Both the position numbers and the translations under genes were made by a program. A stretch of 62,002 bases of DNA from an uncultured Nitrospiraceae bacterium (GTDB lineage: Bacteria > Nitrospirota > Thermodesulfovibrionia > UBA6902), in the NCBI GenBank assembly GCA_964393845.1, contig CAYMUX010000004.1:1-62002 (forward strand). The letters are read 5' to 3'. Shown in pieces: positions 40,309 through 49,401 of the stretch (its first letter is position 1; each line of letters begins with the position of its first letter). Below the pieces are notes generated by a model. That model had not been told where the DNA came from and made no database searches. It was given only the letters and a program-made list of their open reading frames with translations.

Positions 40309-41223
40309 TCAATATTTTTGATACGGCGGCATATTTGTCCGTTTTGCGAGGTCCCTTACAATGTCATAATCCTCATCCCTGACCCCTGCAAAACCTTCAA
40401 GACGCGTCCTCCTGAGAACACTCACCGTTTCTCCGTCTATCTCCACAGTGTCCGACTCTTTGAGCTCCAGCAGGGCCTTTTTAAATCTTTCAGCAAATGA
40501 GTCCTCTACCCTCTGCGTGTAACCGAACGTGCAGTACGGAATCGGATCGCCTTTTGCGATTATCCTGAAATCATCAGAGACAATTTTACCGTCTTCGATC
40601 ATCTTTTCAAAATCGAGCATCTGAAAAGCCCCCGCGTCGAATTTGCCGTAAAGAACGCTGTATATGACTTTCTCGTGTTTATATGTGCCGGTCGGTATCG
40701 TATAGAAAGACAGATCATCCTCCGGATTGATTCCCTCGCTAAGCATCAGGTCATACTGCTGTAAATAACCCGTGGGCCCCAGCATCGGGCCGAAGATCAT
40801 GCTCCGGCCCTTCAGGTCTTTTACCGTCTTTATATCACTGTCTCTTGTCGTTACAATAGCGCCGGCTGATTTAAAACCGAGCGATCCCTGGACATCCGCA
40901 GTCAGGACCTTCACTCCGTGGAAGCGGTTCAGTATGATATAAAGCAGTGAATTGGTATGAGTGAAATCCAGGTTCCCGGCTTCCTTTGTAAATTGAATCG
41001 TATTAATAGCTACCGCCTCTGTCCTTACACCCAGCTTTTTCCCGAGATATTCTGTCAACGGCCTGAACCTGTATAGTGTCTCTTCCTCGCTGTTGCATAT
41101 CATGTAGCCGATTTTTATTACCTTCTCATTCTTGACTGAGGAAGGCTCCGGCCGGCAGGATAAAAATATTACTATTATGAAAAGTACGAACATTGAAATG
41201 ACCGTTGTTTTCTTGCCTGTCAA
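40309..41223 (-). CDS. PhnD-like substrate-binding lipoprotein (third paralog)
   Basis: 304 aa with the lipobox-like FLSC. KIGYMICNSEEET...GPTGYLQQ... fits the PhnD-type pattern. Confidence 0.7.
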   Translation of the reverse strand: MTGKKTTVISMFVLFIIVIFLSCRPEPSSVKNEKVIKIGYMICNSEEETLYRFRPLTEYLGKKLGVRTEAVAINTIQFTKEAGNLDFTHTNSLLYIILNRFHGVKVLTADVQGSLGFKSAGAIVTTRDSDIKTVKDLKGRSMIFGPMLGPTGYLQQYDLMLSEGINPEDDLSFYTIPTGTYKHEKVIYSVLYGKFDAGAFQMLDFEKMIEDGKIVSDDFRIIAKGDPIPYCTFGYTQRVEDSFAERFKKALLELKESDTVEIDGETVSVLRRTRLEGFAGVRDEDYDIVRDLAKRTNMPPYQKY

Positions 41224-41343
41224 TTGATCATCCTCATTATTAAAATAATTACAAGCCGGTTAATAAAGCAAATACTCTTTGTCGACAACAAAAACAAAAA
41301 AACCCGGCAATCCCGATTACAACTCTACTTTAATATTTTTACT

Positions 41344-42264
41344 CTACCTGAGTCCATGCATTCTCCTCAGCAGATAATATACCCCGCCCAGGGCAATGAT
41401 AATAAAACCGGTGTAAACATACACAGTACCGGGGTCCCTCGTTATCTGTATGCCCACAAACGGCCGGCCTGCCGTGTCACGGTCCGTTGCCGTATGGTAG
41501 AAATTCATCCCCCCCCACTTCAGGGGACTGTTCACACCAACCTTGCCCTCCGCGACCATTTCAGAATCCCGGAGCAAGCCCATATCCACCCAGGTCTTTT
41601 TTATAACGGGGTCCTGGTATGCAACCAGTTTAAACGCAAAGGGAAAACCCTCCGGGAGGGTGCCGGCCCCCGACGTATCGGCGCTGCCTATAAAATCACC
41701 TTTATAATATACGCTCAATTTAAGCTTCTTCGCGTAGAGTTCGAGTTCATCCGCCCGCACCGTATATTCTTCCATAACAAAGTCTTCCCCGGTCTTAAGA
41801 ATAAATAATCCAAACTTCTCTTCGCCCCTTAACACTCCCACCTTGACCGGGACCGGATAGTATTCCTCATAAAGTTTTTTAATCATGATCTTAACACCCG
41901 GGGAAATATCCTTTGCAAGGTCCCACCGGTAGACCTTATCAGCAACGTCCCCTTCATAGATATTCACCGTGGCCACGAAGCCGAGAGAACTGATGCCGCC
42001 GCCGATAAAGGCGGTTATGACGCCTACGTGTATCAAGAGAATAGGTTTTGAAAGTATCTTTATTCTCTGAATGGTGCATAAGGAGAGATTTATAACCAGC
42101 AGCCACAACAGTCCGCTGATAATATTCCATATGAGAGGGACATTCCCCTCTGTAAAAGTTGTCACCGCAAGCAGCAGGCACAGTACCGGCAAAAGACCTA
42201 TTGTCAGCTCTTTGGATGAAAGTAAATAGTATGGCCATCTGATTCCTTTCCCGGAAGATTTCAT
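41344..42264 (-). CDS. ResB-like cytochrome c biogenesis family protein (short form)
   Basis: 306 aa. It has LSSKELTIGLL..., HVGVITAFIGGGIS, NIYEGD, VNSPLKWGGMNFYH and a C-terminal TM (DPGTVYVYTGFIIIALGGV). Confidence 0.65.
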   Translation of the reverse strand: MKSSGKGIRWPYYLLSSKELTIGLLPVLCLLLAVTTFTEGNVPLIWNIISGLLWLLVINLSLCTIQRIKILSKPILLIHVGVITAFIGGGISSLGFVATVNIYEGDVADKVYRWDLAKDISPGVKIMIKKLYEEYYPVPVKVGVLRGEEKFGLFILKTGEDFVMEEYTVRADELELYAKKLKLSVYYKGDFIGSADTSGAGTLPEGFPFAFKLVAYQDPVIKKTWVDMGLLRDSEMVAEGKVGVNSPLKWGGMNFYHTATDRDTAGRPFVGIQITRDPGTVYVYTGFIIIALGGVYYLLRRMHGLR

Positions 42265-42284
42265 TTACACGCCGGCCGCTTGCT

Positions 42285-42881
42285 TCATATAAGTTTTTTC
42301 TTCTTCAAAAAATCCCTTGCAGCCCTTCTGACTTTTTCCCCTGATTTAACGGCCTTGACCACCTTATTGAAATCCGTATCATTTGAGATGCCGTTCAGCT
42401 TATTAATGACCCTTGGAAGCGCTGGAAAATTAATGAGCACATCCTCAGTTATCACCGCAGCATAAAAATATTTGCCGCTGCCCTTCTCTTCAGGCAAAAA
42501 ACCGAACGGGTTTAGCCAGATAAGGTTCATTCTTTCCCTGAATTCTTTTTTAGATATGTCATAATCTTTTTCTTTGTCTTTGCTATTGGGCATGTTCAGC
42601 ATACTCATCGCGTGATCAGTGTTTTCTATGATTATTCCCAGTTCTGCTTTCTTGACGGAATCATAAAGCTCTTTCGCATTGTCAAACACCTTGATGTTCA
42701 CCGTGGTCCCGGTCCTCTCGTTTATAAGCACGGAAACGAGTTCGGCAAGCAGATTTTCATTCACCGAATTTGTTATGCCTATATTGATAATCCTGCCCAC
42801 ACAGGCCTGCGATCTTACACCGAAAGACAGGAGCACAGAGAGCAATAAAATTAAAGCTGTTGTCCTCATTTTCCGTTTCAT
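42285..42881 (-). CDS. secreted substrate-binding-domain-like protein (glycine-betaine/OpuAC-like, short)
   Basis: 198 aa with a signal peptide. There is only weak pattern resemblance (IGITNSVNENLLAELVS...ELGIIIENTD). Confidence 0.35.
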   Translation of the reverse strand: MKRKMRTTALILLLSVLLSFGVRSQACVGRIINIGITNSVNENLLAELVSVLINERTGTTVNIKVFDNAKELYDSVKKAELGIIIENTDHAMSMLNMPNSKDKEKDYDISKKEFRERMNLIWLNPFGFLPEEKGSGKYFYAAVITEDVLINFPALPRVINKLNGISNDTDFNKVVKAVKSGEKVRRAARDFLKKKKLI

Positions 42882-42893
42882 ATAACCGTGCCT

Positions 42894-43592
42894 TTATTCT
42901 TTTGTGTCAATTGTAATGTCATAACTATTTCTCTCTCCCTCAATAGTTATTTCACCGGTAATACGGTAATGAGACCGGAGAGGAAATTCCCCGGCGTATC
43001 CAGTGAAGTATTTCCCGGGGGAAAGATAGAGTGTGTATTCCCCCTTCTCATCCGTCCATGCCGATACATAAGCAGGTATCTCAGGCATGTCTTTGCTCCT
43101 GGCGGCTATCGCATAAACATATGCGACAGGGGCGCCCTTGTGATCGATGATCCTTCCTGTTAGTTTATAGTAATCTTCCCGTGTTTTCCTGACAAGACGG
43201 GCAGCCTCTCTGATATCAGCTATTTTAAAGTCCTTCTCAATTACCTTGCCTGCCTCAAGTTCAATCTCAAGCGGTTCACCTGAATGCTTGTCTCCGGTTG
43301 CCAGCGGCCCGTATTTCTCACCCTTTCGAAGCCGTGCCACGGCCCACCACTTTCCGGCAGGCACAGTCATGCTGAACCTGCCCAGTGTATCAGTCCTGGC
43401 GGATATGAAATCCGCGGGCCTCCGCGTGTCAGTTGTCCTGTAAATAAACAGCTCGGCGCTTTTTACGGCCTTACCATCCACGTCTGTTACCCGTCCTTTT
43501 AGAACGGAGTTTTCCAGTGCTATGGCTGGATTAAAAGTCAAAGTGATTACGAATATAATAACGGCACTTATTATGATTCTGTTAAATTTCAC
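42894..43592 (-). CDS. secreted protein with two carboxypeptidase-regulatory-like (CarboxypepD_reg) domains
   Basis: 232 aa with a signal peptide. LKGRVTDVDGKAVKSAELFIY... and LTGRIIDHKGAPVAYVYAIA... are starts typical of this Ig-like fold. Confidence 0.7.
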   Translation of the reverse strand: MKFNRIIISAVIIFVITLTFNPAIALENSVLKGRVTDVDGKAVKSAELFIYRTTDTRRPADFISARTDTLGRFSMTVPAGKWWAVARLRKGEKYGPLATGDKHSGEPLEIELEAGKVIEKDFKIADIREAARLVRKTREDYYKLTGRIIDHKGAPVAYVYAIAARSKDMPEIPAYVSAWTDEKGEYTLYLSPGKYFTGYAGEFPLRSHYRITGEITIEGERNSYDITIDTKE

Positions 43593-46138
43593 TCTCCGGT
43601 CTCCACCTTTTCATTTAAAACCGGTTCAAACACAACCGTGCCTATGCCGGGCTCTCTTCTTGCGTCAAAGATGGTCCCGGCAGGACCTGCAGTTCCCCAC
43701 CAGTTTTCCTTTGCGTTAACATCCTCCGTATTAAAATCACCTGCCCTGACATTATAATTTGTATTGGAATAAATATTGTTCCTTCTGATCGTCAGCCCTC
43801 CTCCGCCTTCCCGGACAAATATCCCTGTTTCATTTCCGTATATATCATTCTTTTCTATCAGCGCATTTGCCATGAAGGCCCTCATCCCGATACCGTTCTC
43901 CTTAAACAGAGAGCCGGTAATTTCAATGGGCCCGCTCCTGAACCTCATCCCCCCCAAGTTCCTGATAAACCGGGAGTTATTTACTTTCAGGGCGGTAAAA
44001 TGACTGTGGACCCCCCAGGTCGCATGTTCAAAGTCACAATATAAAATCACACTGCCGTCCGCATGCTCAAGGAGTATCTCGTCCCAAAAGCTGCTGTCAC
44101 TCTTTTCAAGTGAGGTAAAGGTGATCCTCCTGTCTTTTTCTCCTGCTGCAATGAGCCGCGCACTGCTGATCTTCATACCCGCGCCCTTTGAAAGATAGAC
44201 CTTTGTCCCGGGGGCAATTGTGAGCGTAGTACCGGAACGCACCTCAACCTGGTCCCGGATGTGAACACTGTTATTCCATGTAATATTGGACAAGACCGTT
44301 CTCACAGGCCATGTATAATTCACCGGTCCTTTTTTCGCAGGCAGATAATCGACCTTGCCCCTGCCCTGTTCATCACCTTTATCAAATATTGCATCATCTG
44401 TGTTACCGTCACCCCACCAGTTCATCAGCGCAGAGATATCCGACGCGCCTTCATTTTCAATGGCGTATATACCGTTTCCTGTTATTGAGTTTTCAGTAAT
44501 GGTCCCGGTAAAAGACTGTATGCCTATGCCCCTCTCCCCATTGTCTGAAATAACATTGCCTTTAATCACCGCTCCGGAAGAGAGTATATTTATCCCGTTA
44601 AAGCCGCTGCCCTGTATAAAATTCCCGCTGAGATCAACATTGTCGCTGTTTTTCAGGGCAACGCCTGTCTCAAAGTTGTTCGTAATGACATTACCGCTGA
44701 ACCGTCCGTAAAATGAATCATTGACCATAAGGCCAGAGCGGTTGCAGTCAATGATATTTTCCCTGACCACCACGGCGCCTTCCCTGATCTTAAATCCCTC
44801 ATCCATATTGCCGAGGATTTTATTGTTTGACGCAGACAGACTTGAGCGAAAGAAATTGACGCCGTTGATATTGTTATAGACATAGTTATCGGTAAAGATG
44901 ATTTCCGAGTCCCTGCCCTTGATCCCGCTCTTATTGTTAAAGATATAGTTGCCTTTCATCTCCACTGCCGACTCCTGAAACTGTATGGCCCGGTAATTAT
45001 TGCTAAGCACAGCCCCCTGCACCATTACATTGGAGAAATGGAAATGGAGCCCCCGGTAGGCGTCCTCTATCCGGCAGTATTCCACCAGGTTCTGCGCGCC
45101 GTCGCTGTTCATTATATTTATGGCGTCCCAGTCACCCATTGAACGTATTATTCCCGCTGACCGGAATATGATCGGATTATCTCTCGTTCCCTTTGCAATA
45201 AGTACCCCCTGCATCAGGAGCCCGTTCTCCCCTATGCCGTCGCCGTTTGTGTCCTTCTTTGTGAACTCGATAACGGTGCCTGGAACAATAACCAGCCTGA
45301 CCTTTTCAGGGACCCTTATCAGTCCGCTTATTTCAATCCTGCCTCTCCAGACCGTGTCTTCAAGCAGCACCTGGTCTTCATACCGCCTGGTTATCTCTTT
45401 ATGCGGAACAGTGTAATTTTCAATAATATCAGGGCCAGTCCTCCGGCATGACCGGTCGTCTCTTGCATGTACTTTCCCGGCATCCCCGGTTTTCTTTCGG
45501 GACGTTAAGACGTCTTTGTCAATAACGCCATACAGATACAAATCCTTTTTTCTGTTGCCCTCCACAAAGCTGCTGCCGTAATTTACTTTTGCCCCGTTTA
45601 ATTCAAAGACCCCGTAGTCGTTCCCGGTTATCAGGGTATTTTCCATCTGTACAAGCGACTGCACTCCATGCGCCGCAAGGCCATAACGGTTCCCGGTTGA
45701 GACAGAGTCCCGTATATAAAGAACACCTTTAAATATGTGAATACCTGTTTCCGCATTCCGGATGGCGCACCATTTTATGTCGGCGGTCCCTCCGTCAATA
45801 ACAATTCCGGCCCATCCGTCTGATGCCACACTGTCCTTTATATGAAACACAACCTGATGCCCTTCCGAGCCCTCGATGTTCAGTCTGCCCCTGATCATAA
45901 TCTCTGTCAGGGATGAAAGATATTCAGGATCGGTCTTGGTCCTGTCGGAAGGTTCTATGTTTACCTTTGTGTCCGGCAGGATGGTCAGCGTAACGCCTTG
46001 AGGGACGAGGATGTCGTTATTAACAGAAACCTCACCGCTCCAGACGGTATCTTTTATCAGGGTCTCTCCCCTGGACGTAAGCGGGAATAATAAAACTGCG
46101 AGAGCGCAGGACAAAATTGCTATTCTCAGAAAAGTCAT
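43589..46138 (-). CDS. secreted right-handed parallel beta-helix (NosD/PbH1-like) protein, three modules
   Basis: 849 aa with a signal peptide. The entry motif DTVW(S/R)G...(V/I)P.G.TLTI.PGT recurs three times. Many N/G-rich 22-24-aa coils follow, plus NWWG motifs. Confidence 0.8.
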   Translation of the reverse strand: MTFLRIAILSCALAVLLFPLTSRGETLIKDTVWSGEVSVNNDILVPQGVTLTILPDTKVNIEPSDRTKTDPEYLSSLTEIMIRGRLNIEGSEGHQVVFHIKDSVASDGWAGIVIDGGTADIKWCAIRNAETGIHIFKGVLYIRDSVSTGNRYGLAAHGVQSLVQMENTLITGNDYGVFELNGAKVNYGSSFVEGNRKKDLYLYGVIDKDVLTSRKKTGDAGKVHARDDRSCRRTGPDIIENYTVPHKEITRRYEDQVLLEDTVWRGRIEISGLIRVPEKVRLVIVPGTVIEFTKKDTNGDGIGENGLLMQGVLIAKGTRDNPIIFRSAGIIRSMGDWDAINIMNSDGAQNLVEYCRIEDAYRGLHFHFSNVMVQGAVLSNNYRAIQFQESAVEMKGNYIFNNKSGIKGRDSEIIFTDNYVYNNINGVNFFRSSLSASNNKILGNMDEGFKIREGAVVVRENIIDCNRSGLMVNDSFYGRFSGNVITNNFETGVALKNSDNVDLSGNFIQGSGFNGINILSSGAVIKGNVISDNGERGIGIQSFTGTITENSITGNGIYAIENEGASDISALMNWWGDGNTDDAIFDKGDEQGRGKVDYLPAKKGPVNYTWPVRTVLSNITWNNSVHIRDQVEVRSGTTLTIAPGTKVYLSKGAGMKISSARLIAAGEKDRRITFTSLEKSDSSFWDEILLEHADGSVILYCDFEHATWGVHSHFTALKVNNSRFIRNLGGMRFRSGPIEITGSLFKENGIGMRAFMANALIEKNDIYGNETGIFVREGGGGLTIRRNNIYSNTNYNVRAGDFNTEDVNAKENWWGTAGPAGTIFDARREPGIGTVVFEPVLNEKVETGE

Positions 46139-46201
46139 AGTCTATTTTATGCCAATTGGGGCTGGAAAATAAAATTTCATGAACGATAAAAATATTCCGG
46201 A

Positions 46202-46247
46202 TAAAAAATGGCCGGGTCTTTTTACATGTAAATCATAGACCCGGCCC
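46202..46247 (-). terminator. intrinsic terminator after the 20-codon gene (copy B)
   Basis: On the minus strand, GGCCGGGTCT pairs with AGACCCGGCC around an 18-nt loop, followed by AUUUUUUAU. Confidence 0.65.
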
Positions 46248-46276
46248 TGACATGAGGGTTTTTTAATTATGCTTAC

Positions 46277-46339
46277 TTAACACGGATGCACAACGGCCCT
46301 TCCGACTATCCTCGGCGCAACATATTTTATTTTCTTCAC
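46277..46339 (-). CDS. unannotated 20-aa peptide (M)KKIKYVAPRIVGRAVVHPC, copy B
   Basis: GGGAGGTGG SD lies 6 nt before the GTG. An in-frame ATG at 46360 would add MNRGRWN but has no SD. It is a paralog of 49402..49464 and ends at TAA. Confidence 0.6.
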   Translation of the reverse strand: MKKIKYVAPRIVGRAVVHPC

Positions 46340-46376
46340 ATTCCACCTCCCTCTGTTCATTATTGAAAAGCCTGAT

Positions 46377-47240
46377 TCATTTTTTCTTTTCGGTATCTTC
46401 TTTCATCTTGTGTTTCATTTCTTCCTTAATATTTTTTTCAGGCGTCTGCTCAGGCTGCTGGCCCTTCGGCCCTCTCTCAAAATGCCTTACTACTTTTATA
46501 GTTATGCCCTGTGTATTCTCCCCCGTTTTAACAGCAACGGCAGCAGGCCTTTCTTCACCGTAACCACCCATTACCGAGCCTGCAACAGGCGGGCCTCCTC
46601 CGTATATATCCCTGACTCTCAGATAATAATTACCGCCCTTGTCCACTGCGATGAAGTACTTTCCATCCGGCCCTGTCTTGTACGACGTAAACGGCGGAAT
46701 GCCGGTCATCGTCTCTGTAATATAGGCAAATACTATGGCCCCTCCGACAGGGTCGCCGCTCATGTCGACGATTGTGCCGGATATCCCGCTGACCCCTTCG
46801 GCGATTTTCCTCTTGAACGGAACGGCCTCTGAAACAACTCCAACACTCTGGCTTTTATCTTTTTCAATTATATAGGCAACAGCAATTCCGTCCTTGTCAC
46901 GTCTTATAAAAAAGTAATCACCGTCCTGAGGGGGACCGATCTTTTCACCTGACATCCTTTTTATGGCGCCCATGTAATACTTACCCACAGGCAGCATAAT
47001 ACGGAACTTGCCCTCTTCATCGAGGTCTCCTATCTGGTCCGGGGTCCTCACGAACTTGTCAGGGTCCGGCGCCGGCCCTGTCGCAGCATCAAAGAACACC
47101 ACCATCCCGCCTGACATAGGACCTCCGTCCTTGATCATAATTTGCCCTGAGAGCCAGCCGATAGCGACTTCCTGCGCAGCAATATGTGATGCAAAGACAA
47201 ACATGATGAACAAAAATACAACAATGCCCTTTCTCACCAT
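46377..47240 (-). CDS. secreted CarboxypepD_reg-like protein with Lys/Glu-rich tail
   Basis: 287 aa with a signal peptide. LSGQIMIKDGGPMSGGMVVFF... and ISGTIVDMSGDPVGGAIVFAY... mark the domain starts. The tail is EKNIKEEMKHKMKEDTEKKK. It is a paralog of 49550..50134. Confidence 0.7.
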   Translation of the reverse strand: MVRKGIVVFLFIMFVFASHIAAQEVAIGWLSGQIMIKDGGPMSGGMVVFFDAATGPAPDPDKFVRTPDQIGDLDEEGKFRIMLPVGKYYMGAIKRMSGEKIGPPQDGDYFFIRRDKDGIAVAYIIEKDKSQSVGVVSEAVPFKRKIAEGVSGISGTIVDMSGDPVGGAIVFAYITETMTGIPPFTSYKTGPDGKYFIAVDKGGNYYLRVRDIYGGGPPVAGSVMGGYGEERPAAVAVKTGENTQGITIKVVRHFERGPKGQQPEQTPEKNIKEEMKHKMKEDTEKKK

Positions 47241-47241
47241 T

Positions 47242-49326
47242 TCATTCCCCCTTTCTCACCCCTGTAGTTTCAGCAGGAGACGTTAAATAAGGTTTATATA
47301 ATACGTTACCTAATGTTCTGTCGGTCTTTCCGTCATATATCGTCCCAGGGATGTCCGTTTCCCTGATGCTGCCCCACCAGTTGTCCTTGAGTGAAATATC
47401 ATAACCCTGTCTTTCACCAAGCCTGTAATTATATGAAACATTATACGTTATATTATTGTGTGTGACAACAGGCTGATACTGGTTAAGTATATCCTTCCTG
47501 TCAAATGTTTCAGAGAAGTCCACAATGTTCTGGTTTGAAGGCACAAGAAAAATTCCGACATCATTGTCCCTGATATTGTTGTAAGCGATCTCAACAGGTC
47601 CTTCAAGCCTTGTATGTCTGATCCCATAGGCATTATCGTGAATATCGTTATGCTCGATACGGAGCTCCGTCCTTCCAAACCGTATCCCTTCATGATTTCG
47701 GGCAAATACCGAATCCGTTATAAGCGCTTTTGAAAAATGCACCTGGACTCCTGTAAAGGCATATTCGAAGATGCAATATTTAACAACGCTTTCATCTCCC
47801 GACACAAAGAACAATAGATACGCCCAGTCCATTTTATCAGGCCTGTCTTCACCTGAAGTAAATCTGATCATATTACCGGGAGCGCCTTCCGCGAGTAACC
47901 TTCCGCTGACTGTAATCTTGCTGTCACCAACTCCATCACGGTCCCTGTCGATTTTCCTGAACATAACAACCGTGCCGGGGGTGACTGTCAATGTGGCATT
48001 GCGCGCAACATGTACGGTGCCTTTTATAATGATGTAACCGCTCCAAACAGTATCTTTGTTTATAACTTTATCACCATCGTAAAAATGATTGCGAATCAGT
48101 GATAGGGGGTCAGGGGTTGGGGATTGGGAATTAGCGTCTAGTGCCTCTTGCCTCTTGCCTGCTTCCGCCATGACTCTACTGACCAGGATATCCACATTAT
48201 CAATGGAATCTTTTTCCATCATAACTGAATGATTTGCATTCTCCTCATAGAGTCCATAATTTTCGCCTTTTGCCGGGGCCTCTCCAATAAGGTCCCTTGC
48301 GAGTATATAATAGCTGCCCTTCCCTGCCGTATTAATTGTGTAAAAACCTTTATTGTCGGTCCTTGCCAGATATTCCGGCATGGTCCTGACAAAAAGCATT
48401 TGAAACATTTGTTCGGGCTTACCCTTATATGCCATGACATAAAGGTCCTGCATCGGGTTTCCCTTCATGTCGGTCACACGCCCTTTAATACTCAGGACAT
48501 CTGATATCTTTTCAATTTTATTCTCTCTGAACCGCATACTGTCTTCTCCGGCTTTTTTTACCATTATAGCCGGATACACTTTTTCATCAAGAAATGCCTT
48601 CAGGTCGTCCTTGGGATAACATGGTATCTCTATCTGTTTCACTCCTGAAGCCGTAACAGCAACAGGATTCCCGTCATAGTAGCAGAAAAGGTCCCCCTTT
48701 CTCAGTGGCCGCAATCCGCTGAAGTCCATTCGCTTACGGGCCACGATAACATATTCACCCGGTTCAGGCGACATAGTGAAAGCCCCTTCATTATTCGTTG
48801 TACTTGTAAGGAACCCCATTCCCCTGAAATTCATATCTGTCACGGGATAGATTGATATCTGGGCGCCATTAACAGGGGCGCCTTTAAATGTAATTCTGCC
48901 GGACAATCCAGAGGCAGATGATTCGTTAAATATCTCACTCGTCCTGGGGAGGGCCATAAACGGGATCCATAGATCAGTATCCGTTATTTCTACCGGATTC
49001 GCGCCGTGGTAGGAAAAATATTTCGTACCGGCAAAATCCCCGGTTGAAACCAGATAATACCTTCCGGGAGGCAATTCAATTTTGTAGAAGCCAATCTTGT
49101 CTCCCTTTTCAGAAACAAACGAGGGCCGTCCATTCATATAGTCCTGGAACGTGCCATATGCAAACACTTGAGAATCCCCTACAGGGCCTTTTTCAGAAAG
49201 GACAATGCCTTCTATAACAGCGGATGATGATAAATCAGGGAAGGAAAACCCGGCGAAGAGACAGTAGAAAAATAAAATAAACCACTTTGATTTATATCCA
49301 TATCTAATCACATTCAATAATACCAT
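47242..49326 (-). CDS. secreted fusion: three CarboxypepD_reg-like domains + one NosD-like beta-helix module
   Basis: 694 aa. The domain starts are IEGIVLSEKGPVGDSQVFAY, LSGRITFKGAPVNGAQISIY and IKGRVTDMKGNPMQDLYVMAY. Then come DTVWSGYIIIKGTVHVARNATLTVTPGTVVMF, beta-helix coils and DNWWG. Confidence 0.8.
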   Translation of the reverse strand: MVLLNVIRYGYKSKWFILFFYCLFAGFSFPDLSSSAVIEGIVLSEKGPVGDSQVFAYGTFQDYMNGRPSFVSEKGDKIGFYKIELPPGRYYLVSTGDFAGTKYFSYHGANPVEITDTDLWIPFMALPRTSEIFNESSASGLSGRITFKGAPVNGAQISIYPVTDMNFRGMGFLTSTTNNEGAFTMSPEPGEYVIVARKRMDFSGLRPLRKGDLFCYYDGNPVAVTASGVKQIEIPCYPKDDLKAFLDEKVYPAIMVKKAGEDSMRFRENKIEKISDVLSIKGRVTDMKGNPMQDLYVMAYKGKPEQMFQMLFVRTMPEYLARTDNKGFYTINTAGKGSYYILARDLIGEAPAKGENYGLYEENANHSVMMEKDSIDNVDILVSRVMAEAGKRQEALDANSQSPTPDPLSLIRNHFYDGDKVINKDTVWSGYIIIKGTVHVARNATLTVTPGTVVMFRKIDRDRDGVGDSKITVSGRLLAEGAPGNMIRFTSGEDRPDKMDWAYLLFFVSGDESVVKYCIFEYAFTGVQVHFSKALITDSVFARNHEGIRFGRTELRIEHNDIHDNAYGIRHTRLEGPVEIAYNNIRDNDVGIFLVPSNQNIVDFSETFDRKDILNQYQPVVTHNNITYNVSYNYRLGERQGYDISLKDNWWGSIRETDIPGTIYDGKTDRTLGNVLYKPYLTSPAETTGVRKGE

Positions 49327-49334
49327 ATAATATT

Positions 49335-49384
49335 AATAAAGGAGGATATCCATTCAATAAATGAACAAGATATCCTCCTTTATT
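49335..49384 (-). terminator. 16-bp perfect hairpin after the 20-codon gene (copy A); attenuator/terminator-like
   Basis: aataaaggaggatatc pairs with gatatcctcctttatt around an 18-nt loop. The hairpin ends 8 nt before the ATG of 47242..49326. The flank is A/U-rich but has no clean U tract. Confidence 0.5.
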
Positions 49385-49401
49385 CGCACGACCACATGTA
49401 C

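Noticed and set aside
41224-41808. A 194-aa plus-strand ORF.
   Set aside because: It is antisense to the ResB-like gene and begins in an AT-rich spacer without an SD. The minus-strand product has clear family motifs and TM helices, and this ORF has none.
46340-46360. A longer version of peptide B starting at the ATG at 46360 (MNRGRWNV...).
   Set aside because: There is no SD before that ATG. The extension would be encoded by the GGGAGGTGG sequence that aligns with the SD of copy A. Copy A cannot be extended because a stop lies upstream.
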